Source: an uncultured Verrucomicrobiota bacterium (GTDB lineage Bacteria; Verrucomicrobiota; Kiritimatiellia; JAAZAB01). From it: 64,000 bases of DNA. Position numbers and translations under genes: made by a program. The DNA lies in NCBI GenBank assembly GCA_964475165.1, contig CAYYVN010000008.1:4160-68159 (forward strand), in the 5' to 3' direction. Of this stretch, positions 1 to 8,273 are shown one piece after another. The notes beneath the pieces are model-generated. The model did not search any database. It saw nothing but the letters and a program-made list of their open reading frames with translations, and was not told where the DNA came from. Every line of letters begins with the position of its first letter. Positions within the stretch are counted from its first letter, which is position 1.

Positions 1-1398
1 ACAGTCACCAACTGGGATGCGGCTTGGGTCTTTATCAAGTATCGCCTGCGCGAAGGTGCCAACACCAACTGGCAGCATGCGCACCTAGCCTCTGCAGGAC
101 ATGTGGCCCCGGAAGGCATCACCATCACGCCGGGAGCCACTGATGGCGATAATGTGGGTGCTTTCATCTATCGTAGCGTCAATGGTTTTGGTCCCTTGAA
201 TCTTGCCGATCTATGCCTGCGTTGGGATTACGGGGCCCAGAATCTGAAACCCTCCGATCCCTTAGATATCAGCGTGCAGGCCATCGAAATGGTCTATATT
301 CCAGAGGGACCCTTCTATGTGGGCGATGGACGCAATTACGGGACTTTTAATGACCGCGCTGCCTTTGAAACTGGCACGAGCGGCTTGCCCTTCCGGATAA
401 CTGCTGAAAATTACGAGATCACTCTGGGCGGCGGCGGGGAGGATAGTATGGGCAATCATAACCGGAGAGGATTGCATCAAGAATGGTATGATGGTTTTTC
501 GAATACATTCAGCGTTATCCTGCCGGCGGATTATCCCAAGGGCTATCACTCCTTTTACTGTATGAAATACGAGATCACCCAGGAACAATATAAGAACTTT
601 CTCAATAAATTAACTCGCGCTCAGCAAAAAGCCTTAGTGCATGCGGCCGGCACGAATGCCTCTTATTTTGCCATGTTTGGAACAGCAAGCATCACTAATC
701 GTAACGGTATTCGTTGTTCTGCGGAGGTGGGCGAGGGGCCGATCGTCTTCGGCTGTGATTTCAACGGTAATGGCATCTTCGATGAGGAAGATGATGGCCA
801 GGATTTGCCCTGTAACTCTCTTAACTCATACAGAGTACCGGCCTATCTGGCATGGGCTGGGTTACGGCCGTTTAGCGAATTGGAATATGAAAAAGCCTGT
901 CGCGGACCAAAGTATCCGGTGCTGTACGAATATGCCTGGGGTGGCACAGATAGAACCTGGTCTACCAACTATGTGGGTCAGGATGGCAGTGGCACCACAA
1001 CAGCCCTGCCAACCAATGCGAACCATATGCGGTGGACATCTTCTGGTTTCCTTATATTACGGGCTGGGATTTTTGCCACACCCACTTCCAGTCGCACCAA
1101 GGCCGGGGCCGGTTACTATGGGGCGATGGAATTAAGCGGCAGCATGGATGAAAGCGTGATATCCTTAGGGTCGGCCGCGGGGCGCGCATACAACAAAACG
1201 GCGCATGGCGCTGGCCATTTGGCCACCAATGGTCTGCCCAATGTGGTGACCAGTTGGCCCCCTAGCTTTGTAGCTGGCAATGGTTGGGGCTATCGCGATT
1301 ATAGTGAATATTCATCGCAAGTCTCAACTCGCTTTGCCTCAGGCTCTGGATCATGGCCGCATAGCCAAGGCGGCCGCGGCGTGCGCACAGCCCCCTGA
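1..1398 (+). CDS. SUMF1/FGE-sulfatase-fold domain protein, 5'-truncated (frame open from base 1)
   Basis: Frame 1 is open from base 1 (TVTNWDAAWVFIKYR...). Motifs MKYEITQEQY..FLN, AYLAWAGLRP.SELEYEKACRG and GAMELSG are typical of the FGE-sulfatase fold. Confidence 0.75.
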   Translation, partial: TVTNWDAAWVFIKYRLREGANTNWQHAHLASAGHVAPEGITITPGATDGDNVGAFIYRSVNGFGPLNLADLCLRWDYGAQNLKPSDPLDISVQAIEMVYIPEGPFYVGDGRNYGTFNDRAAFETGTSGLPFRITAENYEITLGGGGEDSMGNHNRRGLHQEWYDGFSNTFSVILPADYPKGYHSFYCMKYEITQEQYKNFLNKLTRAQQKALVHAAGTNASYFAMFGTASITNRNGIRCSAEVGEGPIVFGCDFNGNGIFDEEDDGQDLPCNSLNSYRVPAYLAWAGLRPFSELEYEKACRGPKYPVLYEYAWGGTDRTWSTNYVGQDGSGTTTALPTNANHMRWTSSGFLILRAGIFATPTSSRTKAGAGYYGAMELSGSMDESVISLGSAAGRAYNKTAHGAGHLATNGLPNVVTSWPPSFVAGNGWGYRDYSEYSSQVSTRFASGSGSWPHSQGGRGVRTAP

Positions 1399-1500
1399 TA
1401 TTTAGGCGTGACAACTCGCGCCGCTTATGCTTTCATCAAGCACGGTTATTTACTTATTGCCGGCCAGGCGGGCTTGGCGATCAAACAGGGGAGGGCAAAC

Positions 1501-3084
1501 ATGAAAAGATCTTGGGCTTTACTGGGAATCAGTCTGTGCCTGCCTGTGGCCATGCTGTGCAGTCAACCGGTGAGAGCATCCTCCTCTCTCCCGGATCAGG
1601 AAGAGATCCTCCCTCAGGATCCCATGAGTATGGTCCCCTATGAACTCTGGGAGCGCCTCCATGCTTTACAGCAGGCCGGGGCGACACAAGCCGAACGGCA
1701 ACTGTTGCTGAGTTGGCATGAGGCGTTTTTGGATCAGCAGATAAGCTATTTCAATATGCTGCTGAATAATTTGCTGGCGACGGATGAATTGGTATCGGCC
1801 GAAGACCTCTGCCAGCGTTTGCAGGGTCAGGCCGACCGTCTGCTGCGTGAATATTATTTCATGCTCCAGCGCTATTATAACGATCAGGAAGATAAGCAGG
1901 CTCTCCTGGATTGGTGTGTCGGTCTCCAGGAACGCAATCTGCCGGCGGATATGCGCCTGGATGCTTTTCGTTGGCTGCTGGATGCCCGCCGTCAGGTGGG
2001 CCCGGCCGCGCTGGTAGCCGAATTGGCACGGGAATGTGTGGCCACTTTTGATGCGCCAACCGGCATCGGATTGATGAGCGCGGTCCTGGATGCTTATCGT
2101 GATGCTGGTGATATAGAGGCTGCCAATCAAGTTTTGGACGCCATTGATAGCGCCAGTCAGGAGAGCGAGTGGCGGCAGTGGGTGATCTGCCAGCGACTGT
2201 ATCTGCTGCAGGCGGCGGCGAACTGGTCGGCAGCCGCAGCCCATTTTCAAAACAATGCGCCCGCGCTGCCGGATGCCAGCTTGGCGGCCTGTTTGCGGCG
2301 GGTCAGCGCCGAGGCTCGGCGTCTGGAGCAGTTTGATTATCTGGCCGGTATCTGTCAGTGGGTTTTTGATAAACAGAAACAGAAGCCGGCGGCCTGGCAG
2401 GCGGCGGCCAATGCCTGGCTGGCCAGTGCTGGTGCTCGTGAGGCGGCCTCCGAGATAGTGCTGCGTCTGAAACGGCTCGAGGAGCTGGACTGCGCGCCCA
2501 CCGTTCTGGCCCGTTTATTCTCACAATATGACTGTCTCGTTATGCAAACCTCGCAGACGAACCTGATAGAGGCCATGGCCAGCTTTGGCGACCGTTTGGC
2601 GCCCCGGCTGCCGGATGCCGAGGAGCGGGGCTATCTGCTCTTTTCAGTGGCCGAACATTACTTTCTCCTGGAAGATTACGAGCGTTCCCTGCAAATCATG
2701 GATCAACCGCTGCCTCATCTGAGCAGCGAGCAGCGGGATGTTTTCGTCAATAAAATCAAGGCCCACCTGGCTTTACAAAAGGGTGACAAAAAAGAAGCCA
2801 TTGAGCATTTCCGCGCCTTTATGCAGAGTGTCGAGGGGTGGGAACAGGCCCAGATCCATCCTTTTACCGGTCAGCTTTTCACCAAAGAAATGTGTCTGGG
2901 CTTCAATGCCAAGCGCATAGGTGATATTCTGGCATCCATGGCTGAGACCGCTGGGGCACGGGCGGCTTATCAGGAAGCCGCTGACTATTATGCGGCGGCG
3001 CTCCAGAAATTCGAAGCCGACGCGCCTGAAAGCCAGCAGATTCAGGAGCAGCAGGCTGCCCTGGCCGAGCTGTTGAAGCAATAA
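1501..3084 (+). CDS. Secreted alpha-helical/TPR-like protein
   Basis: Start at ATG 1501 follows GGGAGG and gives a Sec-like signal peptide (MKRSWALLGISLCLPVAMLCSQPVRA). Ala/Leu helical repeats with TPR-like pattern near the C-terminus. Confidence 0.6.
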   Translation: MKRSWALLGISLCLPVAMLCSQPVRASSSLPDQEEILPQDPMSMVPYELWERLHALQQAGATQAERQLLLSWHEAFLDQQISYFNMLLNNLLATDELVSAEDLCQRLQGQADRLLREYYFMLQRYYNDQEDKQALLDWCVGLQERNLPADMRLDAFRWLLDARRQVGPAALVAELARECVATFDAPTGIGLMSAVLDAYRDAGDIEAANQVLDAIDSASQESEWRQWVICQRLYLLQAAANWSAAAAHFQNNAPALPDASLAACLRRVSAEARRLEQFDYLAGICQWVFDKQKQKPAAWQAAANAWLASAGAREAASEIVLRLKRLEELDCAPTVLARLFSQYDCLVMQTSQTNLIEAMASFGDRLAPRLPDAEERGYLLFSVAEHYFLLEDYERSLQIMDQPLPHLSSEQRDVFVNKIKAHLALQKGDKKEAIEHFRAFMQSVEGWEQAQIHPFTGQLFTKEMCLGFNAKRIGDILASMAETAGARAAYQEAADYYAAALQKFEADAPESQQIQEQQAALAELLKQ

Positions 3085-3095
3085 AGAGGGAGGGG

Positions 3096-3167
3096 CGCGC
3101 CCAAGGAGAATCGAACTCCTCTTCCCAGGATGAAAACCTGGTGTCCTGACCGATAGACGATGGGCGC
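3096..3167 (-). tRNA. tRNA-Glu (anticodon TTC)
   Basis: Minus strand: GCGCCCA/TGGGCGC acceptor stem, anticodon arm CCAGG-TT TTC AT-CCTGG, T-arm AGGAG-TTCGATT-CTCCT. CCA is not encoded. Confidence 0.95.
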
Positions 3168-3290
3168 AGATCAAAAAAGCTTGATCCTAACAGCTCAAGC
3201 GCATAAAGCAATAGTTAAATCATCATTTAATGCAAAAACAGGCGTGCGGCATCATCCGCCGCCGGATTAGATAAGGAGCACATTCATCCT

Positions 3291-3518
3291 ATGGCACGCA
3301 GTTGCGATATCTGTGGTAAGGGTCTGCACTTTGGTAATATCATTCGGCGGCGCGGTCTACCCAAGGCCAAGGGCGGCATTGGATTGCATCGGACCGGCAT
3401 TCACCGGCGGGTTTTCCTGCCTAACCTGCAGAAAGTCCGTGTGCGCGAAAATGGCGGTGTATGCGTTCGGCGGGTGTGCACTCGCTGCATTAAGGCGGGC
3501 AAGATTCAAAAAGCCTGA
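3291..3518 (+). CDS. rpmB: 50S ribosomal protein L28 (Zn-binding CxxC...CxxC form)
   Basis: MARSCDICGK...RRGLPKAKGGIG...FLPNLQ...VCTRCIK; RBS AAGGAG upstream. Confidence 0.95.
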   Translation: MARSCDICGKGLHFGNIIRRRGLPKAKGGIGLHRTGIHRRVFLPNLQKVRVRENGGVCVRRVCTRCIKAGKIQKA

Positions 3519-3524
3519 GCTTGC

Positions 3525-4499
3525 TTAAGATGTCCTTTGCTCTTGCAGCCAGGTGCGCAGCAGGTCGGCCTGTGCACTCTGTAAGAGGGCGATCATGGTT
3601 GCACGTTTGATCTGCAATCCTCGGCTGTAAACTGGCAGCCAGCGCCGAAATAAGAGCGTCCCCACGCGCTCGCCATGCTGTTTGAGCATGGCTTCAAAAT
3701 GCCGCTGCATGAAGTCCAAACGTTCCTGGCGAGTCGGCTCTTGATAAGCCTGGCCGCTGAAAGCGGCCTGCGTGGCGCGTATGAGCCAGGGATCTTTGAG
3801 GGCCGCCCGCCCGATCATGACTCCGGCGCAGCCGCTAGCCGAGCGCAGCGCCAGTGCTTGGGCGGGTGTGCTGATATCTCCATTGCCGATCACCGGCACC
3901 CGGCGCACTCGTGCCACTAACTGACCAATCATATCCCAATTGGCGGCGCCGGCATATTGTTGCCGCGCGCTGCGGCCATGGATGGTGATGGCCGCCACCC
4001 CGGCTTCCTCCAGCGCGGCTGCCAAGGCCGGTGCCGTGTGGAGATCGTCCCAGCCGGCGCGCAGTTTGACGGTCACCGGCAGGGTCACCGCCGCCACGAC
4101 CCGGCTGGCCAGGCGGATGGCGGCCGGCGGATCCTTAAGCAGGCCGGCGCCGGCGCCGCGCCGCGCAATTTTTTTCTGCGGACAGCCCATATTGATATCG
4201 ATCAAGCTGGCGCCTCGGTCGGCCAGCCAGCGAGCAGCATCAGCCATGCTGGCGGCGTCTGCGCCATAGAGTTGGCAGCCCAGCGGGCGATCCTCCGCGC
4301 TGCTGGCCAGCAGAGCTTGGCGTTTACGGCCGCCGCCCAAGAGGATGGTGCGAGGCTCGATCATTTCGCTATAGGCCAGGCCCAGTCCGCCCAAGGCCCG
4401 CAGGGCCAGGCGGAAGGGGAGGTCGGTATAGCCGGCCATGGGCGCCAGCAGGACCGGTGAGGCCAGAGCAAGATTCCCGATCAGCAGCCCTTGATGCAT
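3525..4499 (-). CDS. dusB: tRNA-dihydrouridine synthase (DusB family)
   Basis: LAPMAGYTD, IDINMGCP, GAGLL, VTVKLRAGWD, TIHGR, GNGDI and GVMIGRA motifs. Confidence 0.9.
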   Translation of the reverse strand: MHQGLLIGNLALASPVLLAPMAGYTDLPFRLALRALGGLGLAYSEMIEPRTILLGGGRKRQALLASSAEDRPLGCQLYGADAASMADAARWLADRGASLIDINMGCPQKKIARRGAGAGLLKDPPAAIRLASRVVAAVTLPVTVKLRAGWDDLHTAPALAAALEEAGVAAITIHGRSARQQYAGAANWDMIGQLVARVRRVPVIGNGDISTPAQALALRSASGCAGVMIGRAALKDPWLIRATQAAFSGQAYQEPTRQERLDFMQRHFEAMLKQHGERVGTLLFRRWLPVYSRGLQIKRATMIALLQSAQADLLRTWLQEQRTS

Positions 4500-4585
4500 A
4501 CCGAGAGCTTAGCGCCCGGCCGCCGGCAAGGCAAACATCCCTTTTTTACTTGGCAGCCCTGGTCAGTCTGTTATACTATGACTCC

Positions 4586-5611
4586 ATGGCTGGCTTCTGG
4601 CAGAGGATAGCTCGGATTAAAAAGACTCCCCGCGATATTGTGGGCCTTGAGTATGGGCCGACGATGATCAGAGGGGTGCGTGTTCGCCGCCTCAATGATT
4701 CCTTGAGCGTAGTCGCCGCTGAGATCCTGCCGGGCTTGCCGTCTGAGCATCCTCCCGCGTCCTTGCGTTCGCATCTGCCTGATTCCCTGGCCGCCCGTTA
4801 TATATCCATTTGTGTTCCCAGCGACCGCGCTGTGGTCAAGCTCTTGAGCTTGCCAGGCGCCTTGGCGGATGACGCCCAGGCGCAGATCAAGGAACGGATG
4901 GGCATCGAGGAGGGCAATTACCGTATCGGCTATCGCATCCTCAGCGCCGGGCACGGTCGCACTGAGACCAGGCTTTTAACGGCAGCCATTCCGGACGATG
5001 AAGCGCTGGCCGTGAGTGCGGCCTTTGCCATCGGCTGGCCGGTACCGGTGGCCGTGGAGCTGGCTGGGCTAGCGGCCCTGACGGCTTTTGAGCAGGGCCC
5101 GGGTCAGGCCTACCGCGAACAGAACATTGGCGTGATTGTAATGGAGGAGCGCGCCACTTTCGCGGCTTTTTTCAGTAAAGGCGAATTGGTCTTGATCAGG
5201 AAATTCGATTTTGGGCATGGCTACCTGAGCGATGCCATTCAAACCAGTCTGAACGTGGATCATGCCACGGCCATCAAGATCATCGCCGATGGCTCCTTTG
5301 ATATCTCCCAGATTGTCAAGGCGGTGGCGGAGCCGTTTATCAAACAATTGGTCATTTCCAAGCTTTTCATTGAGCGCCGCGAAAATTGTCAACTGGCTAA
5401 ATTTTTTGTGCCGAGCGGTAAAACGGTTGCGCGTGCTTGGCTAGATGAGGTGCAAGCGGCGGTGGGGATGGAAGTGGATGCTTGGAATCCCTTGGCAAAT
5501 ATTAGCCTGGCCCCAGCTGCGCTAGCCTCATCGCTGGAGGGCGAAGAGGTCAGCTTGGCGGCGGCCCTGGGCGCCGCCTTGGGTTCCTTGGAGGCCTTGG
5601 CCGAGAGCTGA
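4586..5611 (+). CDS. PilM-like (actin-fold) type IV pilus/T2SS alignment protein
   Basis: IVGLEYG (cf. VGIDIG), IRKFDFG and C-terminal AAALGAALG (cf. AVAIGLAL). First gene of an M-N-O-(P)-Q array. Start set at ATG 4586. Confidence 0.65.
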   Translation: MAGFWQRIARIKKTPRDIVGLEYGPTMIRGVRVRRLNDSLSVVAAEILPGLPSEHPPASLRSHLPDSLAARYISICVPSDRAVVKLLSLPGALADDAQAQIKERMGIEEGNYRIGYRILSAGHGRTETRLLTAAIPDDEALAVSAAFAIGWPVPVAVELAGLAALTAFEQGPGQAYREQNIGVIVMEERATFAAFFSKGELVLIRKFDFGHGYLSDAIQTSLNVDHATAIKIIADGSFDISQIVKAVAEPFIKQLVISKLFIERRENCQLAKFFVPSGKTVARAWLDEVQAAVGMEVDAWNPLANISLAPAALASSLEGEEVSLAAALGAALGSLEALAES

Positions 5612-5631
5612 AGCAGGGCTATGAAAGTGCT

Positions 5632-6327
5632 ATGAGTCTGCAAATAAATTTGATGTTTGAGTCAGAGAAGCGCAGCGGCAGCTTGGTCAGCCTGAAGTTC
5701 AGTTTGCGCTTTTTGGCTTTTGTGGTGCCGCTGGCTCTGGCCTTGGCTCTGGGCGCTTTGTTGATGAGCGCGCGCGCGGCTCGCGAGCACCTGCGCCAGG
5801 TGGAGTTGGAACAAAGCAGTTTGGCGCCTACGCATCAAACCATTCTGAAACTGCGCCAGACCGTTGATGAATACCGGGGTCTGGCCGCCGTCTTGGATGG
5901 CTGGCATACATCGCGTGGCGATTGGTATACCCTCCTGGGCGAGCTGCAGCAGGTTATCCCGGCCTCGATTCAATTGTTGCGCCTCAGCCTTAACGAAAAA
6001 ATTATAGCGCAGGATAATTATCATACCCGCAGCGGCAGTCTGCTTTTACAGGGGCGCGTGACCGCCGAGTGTGCCGAGCGGGATGTGCGCTTGCTGGAAA
6101 CAGCTCTGCAGCAACAGCTGCCCGCGGTGGCTGTGAAGCGTTTTGCGGCTGATGATGCCGTTGATAAAAACATGCGCATCTTTGAGATGGAAGCCAGCTT
6201 GGCCACCCGCGCCATCAGCCGGGCGCAATCCTCCGCCAAGCAGTCGACCAGCGCCCGGCGCGCGCCGACACCGGCAACTGTTCCATCCCTGGATGATGAC
6301 TTCTTTGCCCAAGAACAGGTGAAATAA
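5632..6327 (+). CDS. PilN-like inner-membrane protein
   Basis: QINL motif at the N-terminus (PilN INLLP-like), one TM helix, a coiled coil, then W..LL.EL...IP..I.L..L and a LxLQG strand. Confidence 0.7.
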   Translation: MSLQINLMFESEKRSGSLVSLKFSLRFLAFVVPLALALALGALLMSARAAREHLRQVELEQSSLAPTHQTILKLRQTVDEYRGLAAVLDGWHTSRGDWYTLLGELQQVIPASIQLLRLSLNEKIIAQDNYHTRSGSLLLQGRVTAECAERDVRLLETALQQQLPAVAVKRFAADDAVDKNMRIFEMEASLATRAISRAQSSAKQSTSARRAPTPATVPSLDDDFFAQEQVK

Positions 6328-6331
6328 GCCC

Positions 6332-6928
6332 ATGCCTAAACCAAGTCAACGCATGCAATATTTTATATTGGGCGCCATTGTGGCCGGTGGCCTGTTATAT
6401 CTGGCTATTACTTTTTTTGTTATGCCGCGGCTGGCTGAACGCCGCGATAACCTTAACCAACTGGCGGCCCTGCAAACTAAGTTGGATAAAGCGCGCAGCT
6501 TGATTCGGACTCGCTCGTTATTGGAGCAACAGCAACATGAGGCGCAAGAGCGTATCTTTGAGCTGGCTGATCATATTCCCTTGCCGGTGCTGGGTAACTA
6601 TCTGTTGGGCATGGAGGAGCAAATCAATCAGGCCGCCCACGGCCTGGATGTGCGCATTCTGCAGGTGGCCAATCAGGATATTCAGGAATTGGAGGGTGGG
6701 CGTTGCCAGGTCTATCGGGTGCGGGTTAGCGCGCAAGCCGGCTTTAATCCGCTCCTGGAATTATTGCGCAATCTACAGACCCAGAACCCGATGTGTTCGG
6801 TTATGGAATTGAATATCACGCCCAATGCCAATGATTGCGAGCGGCATGATGTTGTTTTTAACGCGGCCTGGTTGATCTGGGTCGATCCCGCTGAGCGGGT
6901 GGCGTGGCTGGCAAACCACCAACCATGA
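6332..6928 (+). CDS. PilO/GspM-like inner-membrane protein
   Basis: N-terminal TM, coiled coil and ferredoxin-like tail (F..LLELLRNLQ..NP...V..L.I); follows the PilN-like gene. Confidence 0.65.
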   Translation: MPKPSQRMQYFILGAIVAGGLLYLAITFFVMPRLAERRDNLNQLAALQTKLDKARSLIRTRSLLEQQQHEAQERIFELADHIPLPVLGNYLLGMEEQINQAAHGLDVRILQVANQDIQELEGGRCQVYRVRVSAQAGFNPLLELLRNLQTQNPMCSVMELNITPNANDCERHDVVFNAAWLIWVDPAERVAWLANHQP

Positions 6929-6974
6929 AGGATGCAGCGAGCTACCGGGAGCCAAAGGGTGAGTTTATCTGGAG

Positions 6975-7439
6975 ATGAGGCAGGTCATGCTTAAGCTAGG
7001 TAAAATGATGTTATTGCTGCTCTGGGGCGCGTGCCTGTTTGCCGCTGAGCCGCTGCTCACGAATGCTGAGCCCCAGACGCCTCCCGGGCCAGCGGCCGCT
7101 CCAGATCTATCCGCCTCGGAGGCAGAGCTCAGCGCTGCCTCCGAGGCCCAGCAGTCAACTGAGCCCCGGGTGCTGCGCGATCCCTTCTGCGCGCCAGGCT
7201 ATGTGCCGCGAGGCATGGCGGCTGATCTAACCAGTATGCCGGCTGGCACGGCGCAGGATTGGCCTCAGTTTCAGATCGGGGGCATTATCAAGTGCGGATC
7301 AAAATACCTGGCGACAATCAATGGAGTGTTGGTGGAGGCCGGAGATAAATTACCCGTACTGGTGGACGGGCGCTGGGTGGTTTTTATAGTGCGCGCGGTG
7401 GATATGCATCGGGTGCGCATCGAACCGCTGAACCAATAG
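6975..7439 (+). CDS. Exported protein at the PilP/GspC position
   Basis: Signal peptide, then LRDPF motif (PilP RDPF-like) and F.I.GII...K..A.ING..V..GD, resembling a PilP/GspC-HR beta domain. Confidence 0.5.
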   Translation: MRQVMLKLGKMMLLLLWGACLFAAEPLLTNAEPQTPPGPAAAPDLSASEAELSAASEAQQSTEPRVLRDPFCAPGYVPRGMAADLTSMPAGTAQDWPQFQIGGIIKCGSKYLATINGVLVEAGDKLPVLVDGRWVVFIVRAVDMHRVRIEPLNQ

Positions 7440-7564
7440 TCAGCGGCCTGGCCCAGGCTGATATTTTACCTTGCTCAAATCCAAGGAAATGGCTAAAGTG
7501 CTCGGCATCACAGGTAAGGCCAGGCTGCTGCGCCGCGAGCGCCGGGCCACGGAAAGGGGATCTG

Positions 7565-8248
7565 ATGAATACCAAGCTTAAAATGATCTCTTGGGTGCTG
7601 CCCGCTTTACTGCTGGCCGCAGCCTTGGGCTTGATGATCGGTTGCGAAGGCAGCAGCACGGAAGATGATGCCAGCGGTGTGGACAAGTATTTCGAGACGG
7701 AAAGCTATGCTTCAGACCCCCGTTATCCCTTGGCGGCGCAGGAGATGGATATTAAACCTCCAAACGTCCAGATTTCCTTTATCAAGCAGGAAGTGGCTTT
7801 TACGGTCTCGGGCGGCAATGGCATTTATCATTGGCATGTGGGCAACAGCGCCAAGGGCGCAATCAATGCGCAGGGGGACAACCAGGCGCTCTATGTCGTT
7901 ACACAGCTGGCCGAAAATTCCGTCACCGTCGAGGATACGGCTGGCCATTACGCGGTGGCTTATCTGACCCCCAGCACGTCCACCGGCGCTGTGCCGCTGG
8001 TTGTGTCGCCCCCTTCGGTCACGCTTGCCACCGGCCAGTTGCAGGCCTCCTTTGCGGCCCAGGGTGGCCATGCGCCCTATGTCTGGGTTTCCGGTAATAT
8101 TAAATTAGGCTCGGTGACCTATGCTGCCCAGACGAGCCATATCGCCGCCTATACGGCTGTAGCGGGAGTCTATGGTCAAAATGTGGTGACCGTGACGGAC
8201 GCTGATGGTCGCAGAGCTTCCGCCACTATCATCACGCAGCAGCAATGA
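7565..8248 (+). CDS. Lipoprotein with two Ig-like beta-sandwich repeats
   Basis: Lipobox-like MIG-C. Two repeats of F.(V/A).GG...Y.W ... V(T)V.D..G..A. Confidence 0.6.
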   Translation: MNTKLKMISWVLPALLLAAALGLMIGCEGSSTEDDASGVDKYFETESYASDPRYPLAAQEMDIKPPNVQISFIKQEVAFTVSGGNGIYHWHVGNSAKGAINAQGDNQALYVVTQLAENSVTVEDTAGHYAVAYLTPSTSTGAVPLVVSPPSVTLATGQLQASFAAQGGHAPYVWVSGNIKLGSVTYAAQTSHIAAYTAVAGVYGQNVVTVTDADGRRASATIITQQQ

Positions 8249-8273
8249 CATCAACAATGGGAAGGCAGAGCTC

